Of a stretch of 64,000 nucleotides of DNA, positions 37,583 to 47,503 are shown one piece after another (positions within the stretch are counted from its first letter, which is position 1; every line of letters starts with the position of its first letter). The notes under the pieces were generated by a model, which was not told where the DNA came from, did no database searches, and saw only the letters and a program-made list of their open reading frames with translations. Position numbers and translations under genes: made by a program. This DNA is from an uncultured Enterobacterales bacterium (GTDB taxonomy: Bacteria; Myxococcota_A; UBA796; UBA2385). The stretch is from positions 7,703 to 71,702 of the forward strand of contig CAZRFD010000021.1 of the NCBI GenBank assembly GCA_964599085.1, written 5' to 3'.

Positions 37583-38161
37583 TTGGCAGGGGGACCCGCC
37601 CGCCCCTCGCTCTCGGAGCCCACGATCTCCTGGCTGCTCGCCCTCGCCCTGTCGGTCCACGCTCTGTCGGTCCTCAGCTCGCCGGCCCACGCCGCGAGCC
37701 CGCTGCTGCCGGCCGCGGATGTCGCCGACATCGACCTGCGGGCCTGGTGGCGCCAGGGAGAGCTGGTGGTGGGGCTGCCCGAAGCGCCGGGACGCCCGGG
37801 GCTCCGCCCGCTCGAGAGCCTGGCGCCGGTCATGCTGCCCGCCGACCTCGACGCATGGGCCGCCCTCGGTGACTCCTGCGTCACCCGCCCCGAGAGCCGG
37901 CTGAAGGTGGGCGAGCGCAAGCTGACGGCGCGGGTGACGGCGTCGGCCGAGGGACCCGTCGTCCAGCTCCTCGACGGCAAGCAGGTGGTCGCCGTCAACG
38001 CCCTGGGTCGCCCCGCGCTGGTGTGCGAGGTACTCCTCGCCGACGCCGACGCGCTGCCGGGCCCGGAGATCCTGGTCGCCTGGCGCCTGGAGGTGGGCGA
38101 CGAAGCCGGCGGCGAGCTGCGCGGGTTCACCGTGTGGCGGGTCCCCGAGTCGCTGCTCTGA
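37583..38161 (+). CDS. Secreted hypothetical protein (start uncertain)
   Basis: Signal-peptide-like segment ending in AHA; fills the gap between neighbouring genes. Confidence 0.6.
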   Translation: MAGGPARPSLSEPTISWLLALALSVHALSVLSSPAHAASPLLPAADVADIDLRAWWRQGELVVGLPEAPGRPGLRPLESLAPVMLPADLDAWAALGDSCVTRPESRLKVGERKLTARVTASAEGPVVQLLDGKQVVAVNALGRPALVCEVLLADADALPGPEILVAWRLEVGDEAGGELRGFTVWRVPESLL

Positions 38162-38164
38162 GGA

Positions 38165-38545
38165 TCAGCCCTCGGTCGACGCGTCCGCGGGTGGTGGGGC
38201 GTCGGCGGGCGCAGCATCCCCGGAGGCCGCGTCCCCGGAGGCCGCGCTGTCGGGGAGCGCTGCGGGGGCCTGGGTGCCGACGGCGTCAGCGGCCACCCAG
38301 CCGAAGTCGAGGTCCTTTCGCACGCGGATCTTGTCGCCCTCCTGCATGACGACCTCGACCTCGGTGCCGGCGGGCAGCGAGGTGACCGCGGCGTCGCCGT
38401 CGGGCCAGCGGACGAGGGTCACGTCGCGGGTCAGCGTGGCCGTAGAAGCGACCTGCTCGATCTGGGGGGGCGGTGCGGGGACGGCAGGGGTCGCCGCCGG
38501 TTCCTGGGCGAGGGACAGGCCCAGGAAGAGCATGAGCGCCAGCAT
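38165..38545 (-). CDS. Secreted SH3b-like domain protein
   Basis: Signal peptide; LPAGTEVEVV..RVR..FGWV. Confidence 0.7.
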   Translation of the reverse strand: MLALMLFLGLSLAQEPAATPAVPAPPPQIEQVASTATLTRDVTLVRWPDGDAAVTSLPAGTEVEVVMQEGDKIRVRKDLDFGWVAADAVGTQAPAALPDSAASGDAASGDAAPADAPPPADASTEG

Positions 38546-38735
38546 CGGTTCTCCGAACGGGGATTCAGCGGATCAGCAGACCCGCCGCCGCAGCAAATAC
38601 CACGGCGACACCCAGCTCGGCGATGAGATCGAGTGCGATGTGTTCCATGGCGAGCACGAATGCCATGCCATGTAGCCACCCGCAACCCCTTTCTCGTCGT
38701 GTGCGGCAGCCTGTGCCCCCGGGTTAGCCGGCGGC

Positions 38736-39566
38736 ATGGCGACGCTCTTCTCTCGCGATCTCCAGGTCGCCGTGCTGGCCAGCGGCAGCAGCGGGAACTG
38801 CACCTACATCGGTGACGGCCACGCCGGCGTCATCGTCGACTGTGGCATCTCAGCGAAGCAGGTGCTCGCCCGCCTCGACAGCCTGGGGCTGTCGGACGCG
38901 CCCATCGACGCCGTCCTGATCACCCACGAGCACGGCGATCACGTCGGCGGCGCCCGCGTGCTCTGCGACCGCCTGCACAAGCGGCTCGGTCGCTGGGTGC
39001 CCTTCCTGATGACCCGGGGCACGCGCGATGCACTGCGGGAGCGCGCGACGCCAGCGGCGGTCGAGGTCGTGTCCGCCGGCGTGGCGGTCGAGCTCAAGCA
39101 CATGCTGCTGGACCCGTTCAGCATCCCCCACGACGTCGCCGATCCCGTCGCCTGGCGGGTGGGCCTGGGCGGACACAAGGTCGGCGTGATCACCGACCTG
39201 GGCCGTCCGACCACCCTGGTCGAAGACAAGCTGCGCAGCCTGTCCATCGCGGTGCTGGAGTTCAACCACGACTTCGACATGCTGATGGGCGGCAGCTACC
39301 CCTGGCAGCTCAAGCAGCGCATCCGCAGCAGCCACGGGCACCTCAGCAACGACCAGGCCGGCGAGCTGCTGGAGCGAGGGCTGGGGGACTCCCTGCGCCA
39401 CCTCGTGCTCGGCCACCTCAGCGACGAGAACAACCGGCCCGTGCACGCCGTGGCGGCGGCCACGGCCGCGCTGCAGCGCGCCGGCGCCGGCGACCGGGTG
39501 CAGGTCGCGGTGGGGGAACAGCGCACGCCGCTCCCCCCGGTCACCCTGCCCGCGGTGGACTGGTAG
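38736..39566 (+). CDS. MBL-fold hydrolase (YycJ/WalJ-like)
   Basis: LASGSSGN, THEHGDH, TDLG, GHLSN and HLSDENN. Confidence 0.9.
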   Translation: MATLFSRDLQVAVLASGSSGNCTYIGDGHAGVIVDCGISAKQVLARLDSLGLSDAPIDAVLITHEHGDHVGGARVLCDRLHKRLGRWVPFLMTRGTRDALRERATPAAVEVVSAGVAVELKHMLLDPFSIPHDVADPVAWRVGLGGHKVGVITDLGRPTTLVEDKLRSLSIAVLEFNHDFDMLMGGSYPWQLKQRIRSSHGHLSNDQAGELLERGLGDSLRHLVLGHLSDENNRPVHAVAAATAALQRAGAGDRVQVAVGEQRTPLPPVTLPAVDW

Positions 39567-39572
39567 GGCTGG

Positions 39573-40517
39573 CTACTTCGCCGCGGCCAGGTCCCCTGCC
39601 CAGGCGCCGCGCCGCGTGTCGGCGAGCTGCTCGCGCCACCGCCAGACCGCACCGTCGGTCGCCTTGAGCACCCGGGCGCAGCTTCGGCTGACCGTCGGGA
39701 CCGAGGTGTTCGCCATTCGGGCGATCTCGGACTTCGACAGGCCGGCGGCTTCGCCCAGCCACCACATGGCCACCCAGCGTTCCGGGTTGCCGCTGCGGCC
39801 GATGCGGGCCGTCAGCAGCTTGCGCATGGGCATGCCGGTCACCCGCGCGGCCTGCCGCAGCGCTTCCCGCGGCGACATCAGGGGCTGGTCGGCGGGCAGG
39901 GCGCTGCCGGTGCCCATGACGGTGGCGCGGGGGCCGTTGGTGGAGGTGTCGAGGGTCGCCTGGAAGGCGAGGCTGCCCAGCGTGCGGGCGTGCCGGTCCA
40001 GGACCACGCGGTAGCCGCCGGCTTCGTCGAAGGCGGCGTGCAGCTCTTCGGTGGCCAGCCAGGAGGGCGGGCTGGCGTGCCCGGCGTAGACGTGGTGGCT
40101 GGTCCAGCGGCCGCGGTCGGGGTGGACGGCGCGGCCCTGGGCGACCGGCAGCAGGTGCAGGCTGGCGGCGACCGTGCGCCAGTAGGCGGTGTCGTCGATG
40201 CGGCGACTGCCGAAGCGACCGCGGAAGCGCTGGCCGTCGGTGCCGTGGCGGTGGTTCCAGTTGCGCGAGTGGGCCGACTGCAGGTACTGGATGGCGCCAC
40301 TGAGCTGGCCCCGGAGGCTACGGAGCAGCAGGTGGTACTCGCCGTCGCCGAGGGCGAAGGCGTGGACCTCGACGCCGAAGCGCGGGCGCAGCTCGGCGAG
40401 GAGGGACAGGAAGGCGGCGCGGTCCTCGTCGTCGCTGAGCACCTCGCCATCGTGCGTGGCGCGGTTGTAGACGTGGTGGTGCGCACCGGGGAAGTCGACA
40501 CGGGACAGACGGGGCAT
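39573..40517 (-). mobile_element. RAYT/Y1 transposase-like protein with a C-terminal DnaA-like HTH; apparently inactive
   Basis: MPRLSR..PGAHHHVYNR, HAF, FRGRF and WTS motifs. The HUH motif reads EYH and the catalytic Tyr position reads SLHLLP. Confidence 0.8.
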
Positions 40518-40710
40518 CGTCAAGCTCCAAGGGCGGCGGGGCCGCGTGGGGGAAAGATCGCCGGAGCGGCGAACAAGGAGGGACTCCACCAACAAGGAGC
40601 CACCTCGCGCACCACGCTACCAGTGCGCGCCTGTTCAAAGTGTCACCAATGTTCACGGCGGCCGACCCGTCGCCCGCCCCCGTGGCCGCCCCAGATCCCC
40701 GGCGCTGCGC

Positions 40711-41802
40711 TCAGATCTCCGCGCCCAGCTCGATCCCCACGGCCCGTGCTTCGTGGATGAGCGGGTGGTCGAGGCCGACCAGTCGCGGCTCCGTCGCCGC
40801 GTCGGACAGGGGCACGCTGTCCACGACGCCGTTGTGCAGCCGGACGAGGCGCCCCCAGTGGCCCCGCTCGATCAGCTCGACGGCGTGGATGCCGAAGCGG
40901 GTGGCCAGCACCCGGTCGAAGGGCACGGGGCTACCGCCCCGCTGGAGGTGGCCGAGCACCGTGACCCGGCTCTCGACCGGCGAGCGCTCGGCGATGAGGC
41001 GGGCCAGCGTCTGGGCCGCGCCGCCAGCGACGATGCGGCCCTGGCCGTGGGCCATCGAGGCGGGCAGGCTCCCTCCCTGCTTCGGAGCGGCCCCCTCGGC
41101 GACCACGATGAGGGTGAAGGGGCGACCGCGCTCACGGCGCCGCTCGATCTTGGCCACGATCCGGGCGGGGTCGTAGGGGATCTCGGGCAGCACGATGCAG
41201 TCCGCCCCCCCGGCGACGCCCGCGTACAGCGCGATCCAGCCGGCGGTGCGCCCCATGACCTCCAGCAGCATCACGCGATCATGCGCTTCGGCTGTGGTGT
41301 GCAGGCGGTCGAGGGCCTCCGTCGCGACCTCCACCGCCGACCAGAAGCCGAAGGTGAAGTCGGTGGCCGCGAGGTCGTTGTCGATGGTCTTGGGGACGCC
41401 GACGACGGGGATGCCGTGGTCCTGCATCAGCTTCCAGGCGATGTTCTGGCTGCCGTCGCCGCCGATCGAGATGATCCCCTCGAGCCCCTCGTCGCGGATC
41501 GCGTCGGCCAGCTCGGCGCTGCGATCCTGGACGGCGCCGTCGGGCCCGACGTACTCGAAGGGGTTGCCGCGGTTGGTGGTGCCGAGGATGGTGCCGCCGC
41601 GCGGCAGCAGGCCCTGGCAGCTCCGCGGCGTCAGATCCTGCAGGCGTCGGGGGTGCTCCAGCAGGCCGTCGAAGCTGTCCTCGATGCCCACCACCTGCCA
41701 GTGCAGGCGGCCGACGCCGTACTTCACCACGGCACGGATGACGGCGTTGAGTCCGGGGGCGTCGCCCCCACCCGTCATGATGCCGATGCGATGGGTGGCC
41801 AT
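40711..41802 (-). CDS. pfkA: 6-phosphofructokinase (GGDG/PKTIDND type, probably ATP-dependent)
   Basis: TGGGDAPGLN, GGDGS, PKTIDND, EVMGR and LGHLQRGG. Confidence 0.95.
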   Translation of the reverse strand: MATHRIGIMTGGGDAPGLNAVIRAVVKYGVGRLHWQVVGIEDSFDGLLEHPRRLQDLTPRSCQGLLPRGGTILGTTNRGNPFEYVGPDGAVQDRSAELADAIRDEGLEGIISIGGDGSQNIAWKLMQDHGIPVVGVPKTIDNDLAATDFTFGFWSAVEVATEALDRLHTTAEAHDRVMLLEVMGRTAGWIALYAGVAGGADCIVLPEIPYDPARIVAKIERRRERGRPFTLIVVAEGAAPKQGGSLPASMAHGQGRIVAGGAAQTLARLIAERSPVESRVTVLGHLQRGGSPVPFDRVLATRFGIHAVELIERGHWGRLVRLHNGVVDSVPLSDAATEPRLVGLDHPLIHEARAVGIELGAEI

Positions 41803-41993
41803 GGATGTCTCCGAGGAGGAAGCGAAGGGCGCTGCGACCGGCGGAGCGTAGCCCGTGGCGTCGGGGGGACGCGAGGGGTCCACCTCCGCTCGAGGACGAG
41901 GGGTCCGCCCCCGCTCGGGGAGGGAGGCGACCTCGCCATGCCGGAGGACACGGGGTGGCCGCCGCGGGGCGGGGGCGCTGTTAGTTGCGCGGC

Positions 41994-43025
41994 ATGTTCC
42001 CGGCCCTGCTGACGATCGCGACCGCTCTCCCCTCGGCCCGAGCCGCCGGTGTCGATCCGGCAGCGCTGGCCTCGACCTGCACGGCGGGCGACGCGAGCTC
42101 CTGCCTGTCGCTGGCGCGCGCTCGCACCGGGGCCGGGCTGCCGGTCGACCTCGTCTCGGCGCGGGAAGCCTACGACCGCGCCTGCGCCCAGGGCCTCACG
42201 GAGGGCTGCGTCGGCTCCCAGGGCATCGCCCGCCTCCTCGGCCGCCACGTCGACCTGCACCTGCTGCACTCCGAGCCGCGGGTCTGGGTGCTGTCCGGGC
42301 CGACGCGCGTGGCCGCCGGTGACGTGACCTCGCCGGTCAGCGGCGCCCTGGTCGACGCCGTCGACGCACGGCTGCACTTCGCCGCGACCTGCTACGCCGC
42401 GGGCGTCGAAGACAACCCGGGGATGGAGGGTCTGCTCGATCTGAGCCTGCTGTTGGCCGCCGGCCGGGTCGACGAGCTGGTGCTGCACCAGGCATCCCTG
42501 GCCGACGAAGACGTCGCGCGCTGCATCGTAGAAGAGCTGGGCCGCGTGCTGCTCCCCCCCGGAGAGCCCGACGGCGAGGTCTTCCTCCGCCTGCGCGCCG
42601 AGCCCGCACCGGCCGCCGGACGGCGGCCCCCCGTCATCCAGGATCACCTCGCGGACGGCGCCCAGGCGACCATCGGCGACCCGGTGCTCGCGCTAACGGA
42701 CGACAGCCCCGACCGCCGCCGCCTCGAGATCGCGGTCACTGCGGCCGCCCGCAAGGCCCTGGCTGGTGCTCCCTGCGTCATCGACGACGTCGAGACCGGC
42801 CACTGGGACCCGGTGCGCCTGGGCGTCGACCTGGTGGTCGAACCCGAGGGCCGCGCCAGCTCCGTCGTCGTCACCTCCGACGCCGAGGGCCGCGGGGAGC
42901 TGACCCGCTGCCTGCAGAGCCACCTCGACGACCTGCCTGTCGGGCAGACCGGCCTGCCGGATCGCCTGCGGGCCAGCGTCCAGATGCGGGTCGCCCCGGT
43001 GTGGACGGGCACCTGGGTGCCCTGA
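41994..43025 (+). CDS. Secreted protein with a Sel1-like repeat and AgmX/PglI (TonB-C-like) domains
   Basis: Signal peptide, Cys-paired Sel1-like segment and CY..NPGMEG..VARCI. Confidence 0.62.
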   Translation: MFPALLTIATALPSARAAGVDPAALASTCTAGDASSCLSLARARTGAGLPVDLVSAREAYDRACAQGLTEGCVGSQGIARLLGRHVDLHLLHSEPRVWVLSGPTRVAAGDVTSPVSGALVDAVDARLHFAATCYAAGVEDNPGMEGLLDLSLLLAAGRVDELVLHQASLADEDVARCIVEELGRVLLPPGEPDGEVFLRLRAEPAPAAGRRPPVIQDHLADGAQATIGDPVLALTDDSPDRRRLEIAVTAAARKALAGAPCVIDDVETGHWDPVRLGVDLVVEPEGRASSVVVTSDAEGRGELTRCLQSHLDDLPVGQTGLPDRLRASVQMRVAPVWTGTWVP

Positions 43026-43034
43026 GCACCCGCC

Positions 43035-44522
43035 CTACTTCGCCTGGGCGATCACCTGGTCGTGCGGCCGGATGGCGGCGAAGTCCTTGATGTGGCCCCA
43101 GATGGCCTTGACGCCGCGCGCCATGTAGTCGAGGTCTTCGAGGCTGTTGAGGTGGCGGAGCTGGTGCGCCAGGAACTTCGGGTGCATGTAGAGCTTGTAG
43201 AACTGCCCCGCCATGCGGACGACCTCTTCTTCGTCCATGTCGGTGAGCACGCAGACCGGTTCGGTCATGTCGTAGCGTTCATACGCCGTCTCTTCGAAGC
43301 GGATCCAGCCGTTGCGCTGGCAGAGGTCGAACAGCGGCGTGCCGGGGTAGGGCATGACGACCGTGGCCTGCAGGTGATGGGCGAGGCCGTTGTGCATCAG
43401 GTACTTCGCGAGGTTCAGCGTCTCGTAGGCGTCCTCCCGCGTCTCCCAGGGGTAGCCGACCATCAGCGTGAGGTGTGGCTGCAGCCCCGCGGCCGTCGCC
43501 ATCTTGCAGCCCTCGATGATCTGCTCCTTGGTGAGCTTCTTGTCGAGGATGTCGATGGTCCGTTCGCTGGCCGACTCGATCCCGAGGATGAGCTTGCGGA
43601 AGTTGGCCTTGGCCATCAGCTCGCAATTCTTCGGCGTGAAGTAGTCGAAGCGGAAGTTGCAGTCGAAGATGACCTCTTCGTTGATCTTGCGATCGATCAT
43701 CTCGTTGCAGAGGCGGGTCAGCCAGTTGCCGCCGGGCAGGGCGCCGGTGTCGTCGAAGATGTTCTTGGCGCCGTAGCGCTCGATGAGCATCTCCATCTCG
43801 GCGGCGAGGTGTTCGGGCGGCACGACCGAGAACTGCGGGTAGGTCACCGTCCAGGAACAGAAGGTGCACTTGCCGTAGGGGCAGTCGCGCCCGGCCATCG
43901 TCCAAAGGAAGGGCAGGCGCTTCTTCCACTTCTCGAAGTAGAGGTGGGCGTTGGTGAGGTCGCGATCCATCCACGGCAGGTCGACGAGCTTGCCCCAGGG
44001 CTTGTAGGGGCCAGTGGTGTCCCAGCCACCGTCGTCGGTGCGGTAGTAGACACCGGGCTTGAGCGCATCGCCCTTGGTGAGGTGGTCGGCGATGTTCTCG
44101 AGGCTGAAGTCGTAGTCACCCCCGGTGATGCAGAAGTCGACGTTGGACTTCTGCATGGACTCGACGGGGTTGCCGGCGATGTGGTCGCCGAACATCACGA
44201 CCTTGGCGCCCGGCGAGAGCTCCTTGATGCGGTCGATGATCTGCCAGTGCTCGCGGATGACGGGGGACTTGGTCTCCATGGCGACCAGCTCGGGCTGGAA
44301 GTCACGGACGAGGCGGGCGAACTGCGACCAGTCCTTCTGTTCGGCGATGCAGTCGTTCCAGACGACCTGGTGGCCGCGTTCCTGCAGCAGGGTGGCCGCC
44401 GACGCCGGCACGCAGGGGTAGAGGTAGCTGGGCTCGTGGAACCACTGGAACTGCCGGTTCTGGGTCAGCATCGGGCTGCCCTTGCTGCTGTCGAGCGGGG
44501 GGTAGGTGACCAGCGCGCGCAT
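43035..44522 (-). CDS. B12-binding-domain radical SAM protein
   Basis: GRDCPYGKCTFC, GIESAS, MVGYPWET and PYPGTPLF. Confidence 0.9.
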   Translation of the reverse strand: MRALVTYPPLDSSKGSPMLTQNRQFQWFHEPSYLYPCVPASAATLLQERGHQVVWNDCIAEQKDWSQFARLVRDFQPELVAMETKSPVIREHWQIIDRIKELSPGAKVVMFGDHIAGNPVESMQKSNVDFCITGGDYDFSLENIADHLTKGDALKPGVYYRTDDGGWDTTGPYKPWGKLVDLPWMDRDLTNAHLYFEKWKKRLPFLWTMAGRDCPYGKCTFCSWTVTYPQFSVVPPEHLAAEMEMLIERYGAKNIFDDTGALPGGNWLTRLCNEMIDRKINEEVIFDCNFRFDYFTPKNCELMAKANFRKLILGIESASERTIDILDKKLTKEQIIEGCKMATAAGLQPHLTLMVGYPWETREDAYETLNLAKYLMHNGLAHHLQATVVMPYPGTPLFDLCQRNGWIRFEETAYERYDMTEPVCVLTDMDEEEVVRMAGQFYKLYMHPKFLAHQLRHLNSLEDLDYMARGVKAIWGHIKDFAAIRPHDQVIAQAK

Positions 44523-44924
44523 GACAGGTGGCTCCTGGAGGCGGGGGTGTGCAGTCTCCGGCGGGGACCGGGTGCGGGGGAGGGGGCCGGGCAGGCGGGT
44601 GAACGAGGGCGGGACGGCGTTCAGCACCGCGACTGACGCACGGGCGGCAGCCTAGCCTCGATTGCGGGGGGTCGCCAGGGGGGGGGGGCCTGCCTGACTG
44701 GGAGAGGGAGGAAGGCCCCTCGTCCTCGTCGCGTGCCCGTAGACCACAATCAGGTGACCCCACACCCCGGGGGGTGGGGATCCGCCTCGGGCCGGGCTAT
44801 CAGCGGGGCGGTCCAGGTGCTCCGCGCTGACCCTGGATCCGGCCCGCGCCGGGCCTTCGAGGACGTCGTGGCCAGCGAAGATCACGAGAGCGACAAGCCG
44901 ATGTCCGGGGTGCGTACTGCCGGG

Positions 44925-45335
44925 ATGACCGACCGGGTGCACGGCACCGGCTTCACCTACGACTGCCGTGTGGGCTTCCACGAGTACGAGCGACACATCC
45001 GCCAGCGGGTCTCGGTCGACTTCGAAGCCGAGACCGACTGGCAGGACTGCGCCCGCCGCGATCGGGCCCGCGACCTCGTCGACTACTACGAGATCAACAA
45101 GGCGATCCAGGCGCTCGTCGACGGCCGCCAGTGGCGGCTCATCGAAGCCATGGCCGAAGACATCGCCCGGCTCATCTGCACGCGCTTCCCGGTCAGCCGG
45201 GTGCGGGTGCGGGTCAACAAGCTGCCCTTCGACATGCCCAACGTCGGCTCCGTGGGCGTGGAGTGCTGGCGCACGCCCACGGACTTCGAGGGCATCGACG
45301 ACGACCAGCTCGCCGGGTGGCGGGGGGACCGCTGA
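44925..45335 (+). CDS. folB: Dihydroneopterin aldolase
   Basis: VGFHEYER..Q, VDY, LIEAMAE and VRVNK. Confidence 0.88.
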   Translation: MTDRVHGTGFTYDCRVGFHEYERHIRQRVSVDFEAETDWQDCARRDRARDLVDYYEINKAIQALVDGRQWRLIEAMAEDIARLICTRFPVSRVRVRVNKLPFDMPNVGSVGVECWRTPTDFEGIDDDQLAGWRGDR

Positions 45336-45373
45336 GCGACGACGCCACCACGCTCCGGTCGGCCCGCCGCTCG

Positions 45374-46060
45374 ATGCGGGTGTTCAGCAACAGCGCCATG
45401 AGCGCCGACGGCAAGCTGGGCACCTTCGCCCACGACCACGTCGCCATCGGGTCGGCGGAAGACCGGCGTCGCATGCAGGTCCTCCGGGCCCAGGCGGACG
45501 CCGTGCTGGTCGGCGGGAAGACCTTTCGCAACTGGCCGCTGCCCCTCGTCGAGGATCCCGGTGCGCTGCGACCGGAAGAGGAGCGTGGCCCGCGCAGCCG
45601 CCCGATGATCAACGCCGTGATCACCCGCCGCGGCTTGCTGGATGCCCGCGAGCGCCCGGGTCGCTGGCCGGACCCACGGGTGGAGCTGCTGGTCTTCACG
45701 GGTCCGGGTGTGGACGCCGGCGCCCACCGCGACCGCTTCGGCGCGGAGCTGTTCGCCCTGGACGACCTGACGGTCGACGCCGTGCTGCGCGAGCTGAAGC
45801 GACGGGGCTGTCGGTCGGTGCTCGTGGAGGGTGGGGGCGACCTCATCTTCGCGGTGCTCTCTGCCGGCTGGCTGGACGAGCTGTTCATCACCCTCTGCCC
45901 GATGCTGATCGGTGGTGCCAGCGCGCCCACGCCGCTGGACGGACCGGGCCTGCGTGCGGACGCGCTGGTCGACCTTCGCCTCGTCGACGTCGAGCGGGTG
46001 GACGAAGAGCTGTTCCTGCACTACGAAGTGCGGCGCGGAACCAGCGAGGTGCGGCCCTGA
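45374..46060 (+). CDS. RibD C-terminal-type reductase
   Basis: AMSADGK, ADAVLVGGKT, VLVEGGG and LDEL. Confidence 0.88.
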   Translation: MRVFSNSAMSADGKLGTFAHDHVAIGSAEDRRRMQVLRAQADAVLVGGKTFRNWPLPLVEDPGALRPEEERGPRSRPMINAVITRRGLLDARERPGRWPDPRVELLVFTGPGVDAGAHRDRFGAELFALDDLTVDAVLRELKRRGCRSVLVEGGGDLIFAVLSAGWLDELFITLCPMLIGGASAPTPLDGPGLRADALVDLRLVDVERVDEELFLHYEVRRGTSEVRP

Positions 46061-46080
46061 TCCCGACGATGCCGTCGGGA
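46061..46080 (+). terminator. Hairpin directly after the reductase stop codon
   Basis: TCCCGACG-ATGC-CGTCGGGA; no U-tract. Confidence 0.4.
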
Positions 46081-46159
46081 GGACGAGGGGCCGAAGGGAC
46101 TTCGCTGTCGCGTCGCCGGTCGCAGGACCGATCCCCTGAGCGAGACGAGAGGACGCTGC

Positions 46160-47500
46160 ATGAGCCTGGTCGAGCAGCCCTGGTGGGATGAATTCATCGA
46201 GGCCCTGGCCGAGTACCCGCTCTACGAGCTGGCGCGGCGGTACCGGGTAGACGAACCTCGCGCCATCGAAGCGCTCCTCGCGGTCAGCCGGGGTGGGCCG
46301 GTGACGGAAGAACCGTGGTGGCCGGAAGCCGTGCGGATCGCCGGTTCGTATGGGATCCGCCAGGCCGCTCGGATGTTCGCGACCAACCCCCGCCGGATCC
46401 GCCGGGGGCTGGCGCGGGCCGGTGTCCGCGTCGGCGGGCAGCGGGTCGGCGACGAGGGAATCGCCGCGCTCGCGCCCTTCCGGGAACGCCTCGGCAAGGA
46501 ACCTGACCACGTCATCGCCGCAGACGCGAAGGTGACGGTGGAGGCCGTCCAGGGCGAGCGCCGGCGGCTCGGCATCGACGCCTTCCGGCCCGAACCGGCG
46601 CCCCGGCCCGAACCCGAAGACACCCCGCTGCCGCCCGCGGCCGATGCGCTGCCCCCTGCGGCCGACGCGCTGCCCCCTGCGGCCGACGAGCCCGGTGCGC
46701 GAAAGCCGCGTCGCAAGGTGGTCCGCGAGCGGCGCCTGCGGCCCCAGGACGCCGAGCCCGCCCCGGTCGTCCGGCGCCCCAGCATCAGCGAACGCTCGAC
46801 AAAGACCCGCGTGGTGAGCTGGTCGCGGCTCGACGAGCGGCGGCGAGAGGTGCGCCGCGTCGTCCGGCCGGAGCCGACGCCGCCGACGCCGACCCAGGAA
46901 GAGCTGGACGCGGCGCAGGCCCGGCGGCGCGAACGTCGTGGGCGCACGCGGATCATCCGTCCGGACCGCATCACGCTGGACGACACGCCCCAACCAGAGG
47001 TCACAGCCCCAGCGCGCAAGCGCCGGGTCGTGCGGCGCAGCGCCTCGCCCCACGGAGAGGTCCGAGAGCTGAGCGTCGCCGACATCGACATCTCGGAGAT
47101 CATCCCCGACGCGGACAAGGCAGCCGACGCGCCGCGGGTGGTGATGCCCCCGGCGACCGCCGCGGATGAACCGGTGGCGAGCGACGATGCGCCGACGACG
47201 CCCGCCAGCCGGTCGGCGACAGCACCGGAACCCGAAGCCGTGGCGCCCGAAGCCCTGGCGGAACCCGCGGCGACCGAAACGGACGAGGCGCCCCTCGCAG
47301 AGGTGATCCCGCTGTTCTCCGCGCCGGTCGTCACCGACCACGCCCTCGCCTGGCAGGTGCTGGTCGACGGACAGCCGCTGCCCCTGGTCTTCATCGCCTC
47401 CAGCGCCGGAGAAGCCGCGGCGCGGGTGAGCGACCACGTCGCTGCCCACCAGCTCCGCCACGCCAGCCTGCGCCTGGTCGGCCCCGCGTTGTCGCTGTAG
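46160..47500 (+). CDS. Hypothetical protein with N-terminal HTH-like repeats and a long Arg/Pro-rich region
   Basis: Two copies of E[QE]PWW and RLGKEPDHVIAADAKVTVEAVQGERRRLGI. Confidence 0.7.
   Translation: MSLVEQPWWDEFIEALAEYPLYELARRYRVDEPRAIEALLAVSRGGPVTEEPWWPEAVRIAGSYGIRQAARMFATNPRRIRRGLARAGVRVGGQRVGDEGIAALAPFRERLGKEPDHVIAADAKVTVEAVQGERRRLGIDAFRPEPAPRPEPEDTPLPPAADALPPAADALPPAADEPGARKPRRKVVRERRLRPQDAEPAPVVRRPSISERSTKTRVVSWSRLDERRREVRRVVRPEPTPPTPTQEELDAAQARRRERRGRTRIIRPDRITLDDTPQPEVTAPARKRRVVRRSASPHGEVRELSVADIDISEIIPDADKAADAPRVVMPPATAADEPVASDDAPTTPASRSATAPEPEAVAPEALAEPAATETDEAPLAEVIPLFSAPVVTDHALAWQVLVDGQPLPLVFIASSAGEAAARVSDHVAAHQLRHASLRLVGPALSL
46627..46689 (+). repeat. Three in-frame 21-bp tandem repeats (LPPAADA)
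   Basis: Three near-identical copies of GCTGCC[GC]CC[CT]GCGGCCGA[TC]G[CA]. Confidence 0.85.
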
Positions 47501-47503
47501 CCC

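Noticed and set aside
40518-40710. Sigma54 promoter or REP hairpins upstream of the inactive RAYT-like gene
   Set aside because: I found only GG-N9-GC spacings and a 9-bp direct repeat (AACAAGGAG), with no convincing element.
44678-44688. G11 homopolymer between the radical SAM gene and folB as a phase-variation tract
   Set aside because: It is intergenic in a very GC-rich genome, with no evidence of length variation or a defined promoter.
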